Shown here piece after piece: positions 57,734 through 64,000 of a stretch of 64,000 bases of DNA. Within the stretch, counting starts at the first letter, position 1; each line of letters starts with the position of its first letter. The notes under the pieces are model-generated. The model saw only the letters and a list, made by a program, of their open reading frames with translations. It did not search any database and was not told the origin of the DNA. The position numbers and the translations under genes were made by a program. Origin of the DNA: Bacillota bacterium (lineage in GTDB: Bacteria > Bacillota > Sulfobacillia > JAIMAT01); contig JASBVS010000009.1 of assembly GCA_029960955.1 (NCBI GenBank), positions 22,645-86,644 on the forward strand. Reading direction: 5' to 3'.

Positions 57734-58630
57734 TCACCCGATCAGGCCCGCGCCTCTCAGCGCCGCCTCCACCACCTGCTGCGCGGCCTCCGGAAGGGCG
57801 GCCAGCGGCGGCCGGCACTCGCCCACCGGGAAGCCCGTCCGCCCCAGCGCCCACTTGACCGGGATCGGGTTGGTGGTGACGAAGAGCGCCTTGTGCAAAG
57901 GAAGGAGCTCCAGGTGGATGCGCCGCGCCTCCTCCGCCTCGCCGCGCCGGAAGGCGTCGATCATGGCCGCCAGCCGCCCGGCCACCAGGTGGCCGGAGAC
58001 GCTGATCACGCCCACCGCGCCCACCGCCAGCATGGGCAGCGTCAGCGAGTCGTCGCCGCTGTAGACGGCCAGGCGCCCCTCCGTCCGCCGGACGATCTCC
58101 GACGTCTCGTCGAAGTTGCCCGAGGCCTGCTTGAGCGCGACGATGTTGGGCACGTCCTCCGCCAGCCGCACCACGGTCTCCGGCGCCAGGTTGGTGGCGG
58201 TCCGCCCCGGCACGTTGTAGAGCATGACGGGCAGCGAGACGCTCTCGGCCACGCTGCGGAAGTGGCGGTAGAGGCCCTCCTGCGGCGGCTTGTTGTAGTA
58301 GGGCGTCACCAGCATGAGGCCGTCGACGCCCCAGCGCTCCGCCATCCGGCTGCGCCGGATGCTGGCGCGGGTGTCGTAGCTGCCGGTGCCGGCGTAGACC
58401 GGCACCCGCCCGCCCGCCGCCTCCCGGACGGCCGCCACCAGGCGCTCCAGCTCCTCGTCGGAGAGCGTAGGCGACTCGGCGGTGCTCCCGCCGATCAGGA
58501 AGCCGTCGGCGCCCTCCGCCATCAGCTTCCTGGCCAGTTCGGCGGCCCGCTCCGGCACCAGCTCGCCCCTCTCGTCGAACGGGCTGACCAGGGCGACCGT
58601 CACCCGCCCCGGCAGCCTCGGCTCGGCCAT
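57734..58630 (-). CDS. dapA: 4-hydroxy-tetrahydrodipicolinate synthase
   Basis: Start MAEPRLPGRVTVALVSPF at 58630. Conserved TGSYDT, Schiff-base K in VALKQASG, YNVPGRT. Confidence 0.9.
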   Translation of the reverse strand: MAEPRLPGRVTVALVSPFDERGELVPERAAELARKLMAEGADGFLIGGSTAESPTLSDEELERLVAAVREAAGGRVPVYAGTGSYDTRASIRRSRMAERWGVDGLMLVTPYYNKPPQEGLYRHFRSVAESVSLPVMLYNVPGRTATNLAPETVVRLAEDVPNIVALKQASGNFDETSEIVRRTEGRLAVYSGDDSLTLPMLAVGAVGVISVSGHLVAGRLAAMIDAFRRGEAEEARRIHLELLPLHKALFVTTNPIPVKWALGRTGFPVGECRPPLAALPEAAQQVVEAALRGAGLIG

Positions 58631-58661
58631 GCTCAAGCCCCCCTTCCTCGCCTCCAGAGCT

Positions 58662-59933
58662 TCAGACCGGCCGGCGGTCACCCAGTTCGAAGGCCTCGTG
58701 AAGCGCCCGCACCGCCTCCTCCATCTGCTCCCGCCGCACCAGGCAGGAGATGGTGACGTGCGAGTCGGCCGTCTGCAGGATCTCGATGCCCCGTTCGGCC
58801 AGCGCCTCCACCACGCGCGCCATCACGCCCGGCAGCCCGCGCATGCCGGCCCCCACCACCGAGACCTTGGCGCAGCCGCGCACGAGCGAGACCTGGAAAC
58901 CTTCGGACTCCAGAATCTTTCGCGTCTTCTCGGCCTCCGCCTCCCGGACGATGAACGAGCGGCGCTCCGGCGAGACGTTGATCAGGTCGACGCTGACGCC
59001 CGCCTCGGCCAGCGGGCGGAAGATGCGGCGGTTGACGGTCCCGGAGTCGGCCGCCGGCGCGCCGCCGGCGCTCTCGCCCCGCGCCGGCGCGCCCTCCACC
59101 CGCACCAGGCACATGTCGGCCATGTGGGCGACGCCGGTGATGATGCGGCCGCCGTAGAGGTCGGCCCAGGCGCCGGCGTTCTCGAAGGCGTGGGTGATCA
59201 GCGTCCCCGGGCTGTCGGAGAAAGTGCTGCGGATGCGCAGGGGGACGTTCCCCTGCATGGCCAGCTCCACCGCGCGCGCGTGGACGATGCGGCTGCCCAG
59301 GTCCGCCATCTGCAGGACTTCCTCGTAGGTGAGGACGCGGAGCGTGCGCGCGTCGGGGACGATGCGCGGGTCGGCGGTCATCACGCCCTCGACGTCCGAG
59401 TAGATCTCCACCTCCTCGGCGCGGAGCGCCACGCCCAGCGCCGCCGCGGTGGTGTCGCTGCCGCCCCGCCCCAGCGTCGTCACGTCGCCGCCCTCCGTGA
59501 TGCCCTGGAAGCCGGTCACCACCGGCAGGAGGCCCTGCTCCAGCCGCTGCAGGAGCGGCGTCGGGTCGACGCGCAGGATGCGCGCGTCACCGAAGCGGTC
59601 GTCGGTCAGGATGCCGCTCTGCCAGCCGGTCAGCGTGACCGGCCGGCCGACGCCCTCCCGCCGCAGCGTGGCGGAGAGGATGACGGCCGAGATCACCTCG
59701 CCGCAGGAGATCATCAGGTCCTCCTCGCGGGGGTCGGGCTCCGGCTCGACGGCGCGCACCTGGTCGAGCAGCGTGTCGGTGGCGTACGGGTCGCCGCGCC
59801 TGCCCATGGCCGAGACGACCACCACCGGGTCGAGCCCCGCCGCCAGCGCGGAGCGGATGCGGCGGACGACGTGCGCCCGGCGCTCGCTGTCGGAGACGGA
59901 GGTGCCGCCGAACTTCTGCACGACGATGCGCAA
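58662..59933 (-). CDS. Aspartate kinase (DapG-like, with C-terminal ACT domains)
   Basis: TTG start at 59933 (MRIVVQKFGGTSV) with a GGGAGGAG SD 7 nt upstream. 423 aa. The ORF-track N-terminal extension overlaps asd out of frame. Confidence 0.9.
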   Translation of the reverse strand: MRIVVQKFGGTSVSDSERRAHVVRRIRSALAAGLDPVVVVSAMGRRGDPYATDTLLDQVRAVEPEPDPREEDLMISCGEVISAVILSATLRREGVGRPVTLTGWQSGILTDDRFGDARILRVDPTPLLQRLEQGLLPVVTGFQGITEGGDVTTLGRGGSDTTAAALGVALRAEEVEIYSDVEGVMTADPRIVPDARTLRVLTYEEVLQMADLGSRIVHARAVELAMQGNVPLRIRSTFSDSPGTLITHAFENAGAWADLYGGRIITGVAHMADMCLVRVEGAPARGESAGGAPAADSGTVNRRIFRPLAEAGVSVDLINVSPERRSFIVREAEAEKTRKILESEGFQVSLVRGCAKVSVVGAGMRGLPGVMARVVEALAERGIEILQTADSHVTISCLVRREQMEEAVRALHEAFELGDRRPV

Positions 59934-59953
59934 GGACGACTCCTCCCGTCGGC

Positions 59954-60976
59954 TCAGGGTCGTCCACTCCGGAGAAGGAGCTCCGCGATCTGGACGGCGT
60001 TGGTCGCCGCGCCTTTGCGCAGGTTGTCGGCCACGATCCAGAGGTCGAGCGCGCCCTCCAGGGCGAGGTCGGAGCGGATGCGCCCGACCCAGACCTCGTC
60101 GCGACCGGCGGCCCGGAGCGGCGTCGGGTACTCGCCCTCCTCCAGCGCGTCGGCCAGGCGGACGCCGGGCGCCGAGGCCAGGATCGCCCTCGCCTCCTCC
60201 GGGGCGAGCGGGCGGGAGGGCTGGAAGACGACCGACTCGCCGTGGCCGACGAAGACCGGGACGCGGACGGCGGTGGCGCTCAGGCGCAACCCGGGCAGGC
60301 CCAGGATCTTCCGGCTCTCGCGCAGGAGCTTCATCTCCTCGCGGGTGAAGCCGTCGCCCTCCAGGCGATCGCAATGCGGCAGCACGTTGAAGGCGATCGG
60401 GTGGGGGTAGGGGCTCGAGGGCGACCGTTCGGGCGTCCCGCCGCTCTGCCAGGCGCGCACCTCCAGCTCCAGCTCCTCCACCGCCTGCTGGCCGGTGCCC
60501 GAGACCGCCTGGTAGGTGGAGACCCAGACCCTTTCCACGCCCGCCTCGCGGATGAGCGGCGCCAGGGCCACCACCAGCTGGATGGTGGAACAGTTGGGGC
60601 TGGCGACGATCCCGCGGTGGTGATCCAGCGCCTCGGGGTTGACCTCCGGCACCACCAGCGGCACGTCCTCGGCCATGCGGAAGGCGTTGCTCTTGTCGAC
60701 CACCACCGCTCCGCGCCGGACGGCCTCGGGCGCCAGCTCCCGGCTGGCCGCGTCGCCCGCGGCGATGAAGACCAGATCCAGGCCGTCGAACCGCTCGGGG
60801 AGCGCTTCCTGGACCTCCAGTTCCCGGCCGAGGAAGCGGACGCGCCGGCCCGCCGACCGCTCCGTGGCCATGGGCCGCAGCTCGCCCACCGGGAAGCGCC
60901 GCTCCTCCAGCACCTCGAGCAGCGTGCGTCCGACCATGCCGGTGGCGCCGACGATCCCGACCCGGACTCCCTCCAA
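59954..60976 (-). CDS. asd: Aspartate-semialdehyde dehydrogenase
   Basis: TTG at 60976 with a GGGAGGT SD. N-terminal VRVGIVGATGMVGRTLLEVL, active-site NCSTI. 340 aa. Confidence 0.9.
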   Translation of the reverse strand: MEGVRVGIVGATGMVGRTLLEVLEERRFPVGELRPMATERSAGRRVRFLGRELEVQEALPERFDGLDLVFIAAGDAASRELAPEAVRRGAVVVDKSNAFRMAEDVPLVVPEVNPEALDHHRGIVASPNCSTIQLVVALAPLIREAGVERVWVSTYQAVSGTGQQAVEELELEVRAWQSGGTPERSPSSPYPHPIAFNVLPHCDRLEGDGFTREEMKLLRESRKILGLPGLRLSATAVRVPVFVGHGESVVFQPSRPLAPEEARAILASAPGVRLADALEEGEYPTPLRAAGRDEVWVGRIRSDLALEGALDLWIVADNLRKGAATNAVQIAELLLRSGRP

Positions 60977-60996
60977 CTCGCCGACCTCCCGTCTCC

Positions 60997-61596
60997 TCAC
61001 CGCTCGCCCGCCGGCCAGCCGCGCAGGAGCGGCTGCAGCTGCCGCCCCGCCAGCGCCGCCTCGACGGTCTCCGGGACCAGGTCGAGGTGCGCCACCAGCG
61101 AGTTCGGCTTGGCGAGCGGGTCGTCCTGGCCGAAAGGCACGAAATAGACGTTCTTGACGTTCAGCAGCCTTCCCAGGTTGACGGCGTTCAGCCCCAGCGC
61201 GTCGTTGGTCGTGATGCCCAGGACGACCGGGCGGCCGTTGCGGAGCTGCGCCTTGACCGCCATCGTCACCGCCGTGTCGTTGACGGCGCTGGCCAGCTTG
61301 GCCAGGGTGTTGCCCGTGCAGGGCACCACCGCCAGCACGTCCAGCGTCCGGTTGGGGCCGAAGGGCTCCACCTCCGGAATGGTGGTGAGCGGCTGGTGGC
61401 CGGTCGTCTCCACGACGCGCCGGTACCACGTCTCGGGATCGCCGTGCCGCGTGGCCGTGGTGGCCAGCGTCTGCGACAGGATGGGGATGATCTCGGCCCC
61501 CTCCGCCCGGAGCCGCTCCATCACCGGGAAGACGTGGGGCACCGTATGGTGCGAGCCCGTCAGGGCCCAGCCCACCGTCAAGCCCCGGAATCGCAT
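60997..61596 (-). CDS. spoVFB: Dipicolinate synthase subunit B (flavoprotein)
   Basis: ATG at 61596 with an AAGGGGGT SD. 199-aa flavoprotein fold (MRFRGLTVGWALTGSHHTVPHVFPVMERL...LAVVPCTGNTLAKLA). The ORF-track 494-aa version is an artefact. Confidence 0.85.
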   Translation of the reverse strand: MRFRGLTVGWALTGSHHTVPHVFPVMERLRAEGAEIIPILSQTLATTATRHGDPETWYRRVVETTGHQPLTTIPEVEPFGPNRTLDVLAVVPCTGNTLAKLASAVNDTAVTMAVKAQLRNGRPVVLGITTNDALGLNAVNLGRLLNVKNVYFVPFGQDDPLAKPNSLVAHLDLVPETVEAALAGRQLQPLLRGWPAGER

Positions 61597-61601
61597 GCAC
61601 C

Positions 61602-62474
61602 TTACCCCCTTTTGGACTCGGCCCGCAAGACCTCCAGGACCACCTCGGCCAGCGCCTCGCCGGCGCTGGCCGGCGCGTACCGCTCGGGAAGGGCGGGAAG
61701 GAGCCGGTAGCCCCCGGGCGGCCGCTCCCGCAGCGCGGGATGCAGACCGCCCGGCGCCGAGGCCAGGTCGAGCACCGGCAGCCCGGGGCGGACGGCGAAG
61801 AGCTCGGGCCCGAGGAGCGGCGCCGGCACGGTGTTGAAGAGGAGGTCGGCCCCCTCCGCGGCGGCCGCGGCCAGCGCCTCGACCGGCGCCGCCTCGTGGC
61901 CGTCGGCCCGCGCCTCCGCCCGCGCCGAGGCGGAGCGGGCAAGCACCAGCGTCCGCGCTCCGAGGGCCGCCAGCAACCTGGCGAGCGTCCTTCCTGTGCG
62001 CCCGTAGCCCAGGACGAGGGCGCGCGCGCCCCGGATCGTCCGCTCCAGCCGCTCCGCCGCCGCCACCAGCGCGCCTTCGGCGGTGGGCACGGCGTTCAGC
62101 CAGGCGAAGTCGTCCCGTTCCAGGAGGGGGATGAGCGGATGGTTCCGGGCGAGCGGTTCGAAGAGCGAGCGGGCCGGCCCCTCGGGCGGTCGCCCGAAGA
62201 GGAGAGGGGCGCCGGCAGGAAGCGCCCTCAGCAGGGCGCCCTCCAGCCTCCAGGCCGGCCGCCCCTCCTCCGCCACCTCCGGCGTCGCGCCGACGCTGGC
62301 CACCGGCAGGACGAGCGCCTGCACCCGCCCCAGCGCCCGCGTCGCGCCGGCCTCGTCCCAGCCGCTCGCGCGCCGGATCTCCAGGACCTCCAGGCCTTCC
62401 GCCCGCAGCCGCGCCGCCGCGGCGGCCTCCCTGCGGCCTCCGCCCAGGAAGGCGACCCGCTGCCACCGTCCCAC
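61602..62474 (-). CDS. spoVFA: Dipicolinate synthase subunit A
   Basis: GTG start with a GGGAGGCGGTGAGCG SD. Two Rossmann-like halves (VAFLGGG..., ALVLGYGRTGRTLARLL). 290 aa, directly upstream of spoVFB. Confidence 0.8.
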   Translation of the reverse strand: MGRWQRVAFLGGGRREAAAAARLRAEGLEVLEIRRASGWDEAGATRALGRVQALVLPVASVGATPEVAEEGRPAWRLEGALLRALPAGAPLLFGRPPEGPARSLFEPLARNHPLIPLLERDDFAWLNAVPTAEGALVAAAERLERTIRGARALVLGYGRTGRTLARLLAALGARTLVLARSASARAEARADGHEAAPVEALAAAAAEGADLLFNTVPAPLLGPELFAVRPGLPVLDLASAPGGLHPALRERPPGGYRLLPALPERYAPASAGEALAEVVLEVLRAESKRG

Positions 62475-62598
62475 CGCTCACCGCCTCCCGGCCCGCTGCT
62501 CGCGCGCCCGCAGCCTATGCGGCGGGGGCGGGGGCCGTGAGCGGAAAGCTCTCCGGGCCTCGTCCGGAAAGCGGACGGGCCGGGCAGGGGTTCCGCGC

Positions 62599-63339
62599 TC
62601 AGCCGGCCAGCTCGGCCAGGTCGAAGACGGCGTGGTCGACGTGCAGGATGCGCCGGACCGCGAGGATGACGCCCGGCGCGAAGGAGTCGCGGCTCGAGCT
62701 GTCGTGGGTCAGGGTGAGCGTCTCGCCCGTGCCGCCGAAGATCAGCGTGTGGCGCGCGACGAAGCCCGGCAGGCGGACGCTGTGGATGGGGACGGGCGAG
62801 CGGGCGCCGGCCGCCGCCAGCGCCTCGGAGAGGTGGAGCGCCGTCCCCGAGGGGACATCCAGCTTGGTGTCGTGGTGGAGCTCGACCACCTCGACCTTGG
62901 GGAAGAAGCGGGCCGCCTCGCGCGCGAAGCGGCCGAGCAGGAGGATGCCGAAGGAGAAGTTGGGGATGACGGCCGCCCCGAGGCGGAGCTCCTGGGCCCG
63001 GAGCCGGATCGCCTCCAGCTCCTCGTCGGCCAGCCCCGTCGTCCCCACCACGGGCCGCACGCCGAGGTCCAGGGCGAGGAGCGCGTTCGACCCCGCGACC
63101 GAAGGAAGCGTGAAGTCCACCAGGACGTCCGGCTGCTCCCGTTCCAGGCAGGCGCGCAGGTCGCCTTCCACCCGGATCTCGGTCGGGACGCCCGCGTGGG
63201 CGCTGAGCGGCTCGCCCGCGTGGCGGAGGGCGACGGCCCCCACCACCTCGATCCCCTCGGCGGTCAGGAGGCCCCGCGTGACCGCGCTTCCGGTCCTTCC
63301 CGTGGCGCCCGCCACCACGACGCGCACCGCGCTGCTCAT
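62599..63339 (-). CDS. dapB: 4-hydroxy-tetrahydrodipicolinate reductase
   Basis: Start MSSAVRVVVAGATGRTG at 63339 with a [12 protein letters not shown]. Conserved ELHHDTKLDVPSGTAL. Confidence 0.9.
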   Translation of the reverse strand: MSSAVRVVVAGATGRTGSAVTRGLLTAEGIEVVGAVALRHAGEPLSAHAGVPTEIRVEGDLRACLEREQPDVLVDFTLPSVAGSNALLALDLGVRPVVGTTGLADEELEAIRLRAQELRLGAAVIPNFSFGILLLGRFAREAARFFPKVEVVELHHDTKLDVPSGTALHLSEALAAAGARSPVPIHSVRLPGFVARHTLIFGGTGETLTLTHDSSSRDSFAPGVILAVRRILHVDHAVFDLAELAG

Positions 63340-63441
63340 GGACTCCCCTCCCTGCTCCGTTCGGCCCTGCCAACCGATCATGCTAACAGAGAGCGGGGGC
63401 GCGCGTCAGGGCGCGTCCCCGCTCTCCGCGACCTTCCCGGG

Positions 63442-63936
63442 CTAGTAGCTGCGCACGTCCCTGGCCCCCTGCTGGCGCAGGATGCGGGCCGCCTCGTCGG
63501 CGCGCCGGCTGTCCTGGACCACCGCGAGGAAGCGTCCCTGGCGGACCTCCTCCTCGTATCCGCGGCTCTCGTTCTCGGGGATGCCCATGTCGACAAGCCC
63601 GCCCGCCAGGCCGCCGGCTGCGGCTCCGCCCAGCGTGGCGGCCAGAGGCCCCATCGCCACCAGCGGCCCGATCCCGGGGATCGCCAGCGCGCCCAGCGAG
63701 GCCGCCAGCCCCACGCCGGCGCCGATGCCGGCGCCCCAGCCGGTGCCGTCGGACAGGTTCTGGTCGCCCCAGCCGCGAGCGCCCTGCATCCGCCCGGCGC
63801 CGCCGCCCGCGCGCGCCCGTTCGTCCTTGCCCGCCAGCGAGACCTGCCGGTCGCTGAAGCCGGCCTGCTCCAGCGCCTGCACCGCACGCTCGGCCGCGTC
63901 CCGGCTGTCGAAGACGCCGGCTACCGTCCTTACCAT
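63442..63936 (-). CDS. Small Gly-rich stress-protein-like protein (general-stress-protein 17M / YflT-like, glycine-zipper)
   Basis: ATG with a GGGAGGG SD. The N-terminus VFDSRDAAERAVQALEQAGFSDRQVSLAG resembles the GSP17M family. Central Gly-zipper membrane-like segment. Confidence 0.55.
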   Translation of the reverse strand: MVRTVAGVFDSRDAAERAVQALEQAGFSDRQVSLAGKDERARAGGGAGRMQGARGWGDQNLSDGTGWGAGIGAGVGLAASLGALAIPGIGPLVAMGPLAATLGGAAAGGLAGGLVDMGIPENESRGYEEEVRQGRFLAVVQDSRRADEAARILRQQGARDVRSY

Positions 63937-64000
63937 CGCACAACCCTCCCACGCGAACCTGACTGCCGCCGCTAGTATTCCCGGGCGGCTCGTCGGCGCC

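Noticed and set aside
63937-64000. A sigma-B-like -10 (GGGAAT) upstream of the Gly-rich stress-protein gene
   Set aside because: The -35 position falls at the window edge and does not match GTTTAA, so it cannot be evaluated.

Overview
This is a 64 kb window of very high GC content (about 74-75%), densely packed with genes and almost all on the minus strand. Gene content and synteny (spoVFA-spoVFB-asd-aspartokinase-dapA-rnj, matching the Bacillus dipicolinate/lysine cluster) point to a high-GC endospore-forming Firmicute, possibly Thermaerobacter- or Symbiobacterium-like; this is inference. Because of the GC content, every frame carries long open stretches, including a 3495-aa artefact. I therefore called genes by recognisable protein families, Shine-Dalgarno context and stop/start coupling, not by ORF length. 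Many genes appear to start with GTG or TTG and overlap the upstream stop as GTGA or ATGA.

The window is metabolic and regulatory:
- a 2-hydroxyacid to aldehyde catabolic operon (D-2-hydroxyacid dehydrogenase, ThDP decarboxylase, SCP2, Zn alcohol dehydrogenase, aldehyde dehydrogenase) next to an XRE regulator
- an enoyl-CoA hydratase and family III CoA-transferase with a GntR regulator
- an MFS transporter and an amidase with a long N-terminal extension
- an acetoacetyl-/acyl-CoA synthetase with an AtoE short-chain fatty acid transporter
- an M24 peptidase, a YyaL thioredoxin-domain protein, a HAD hydrolase and a secreted phosphoesterase
- a form-I Mo-Cu CO dehydrogenase cluster, coxM-coxS-coxL-coxG, followed by an XdhC protein with a C-terminal YHS domain and a GAF sensor kinase plus NarL-type response regulator, all in one orientation
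- a LacI regulator, an LVIVD-repeat protein and a livKHMGF ABC transporter
- an acetoin/2-oxoacid dehydrogenase E2-E1alpha-E1beta set with two Zn alcohol dehydrogenases
- a putative N-heterocycle or aromatic catabolic island: cyclase, an orphan Mo-hydroxylase large subunit, two amidohydrolase-2 proteins, an alpha/beta hydrolase and a DUF59 protein
- DoxX, prolyl oligopeptidase, a 3-hydroxyisobutyrate-dehydrogenase-like enzyme and RsmF
- RNase J with no canonical start codon
- the dapA/aspartokinase/asd/spoVFBA/dapB block and a small stress protein

I found no rRNA, tRNA, CRISPR array or mobile element.

The candidates I rank highest are:
- the minimal form-I cox cluster, which lacks coxD/E/F but carries the XdhC-YHS fusion and a translationally coupled GAF two-component system
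- the orphan Mo-hydroxylase island, which has a shared ATCGATTGC(A)GGCC promoter motif including a perfect GCAATCGATTGC palindrome
- the RNase J start-codon anomaly
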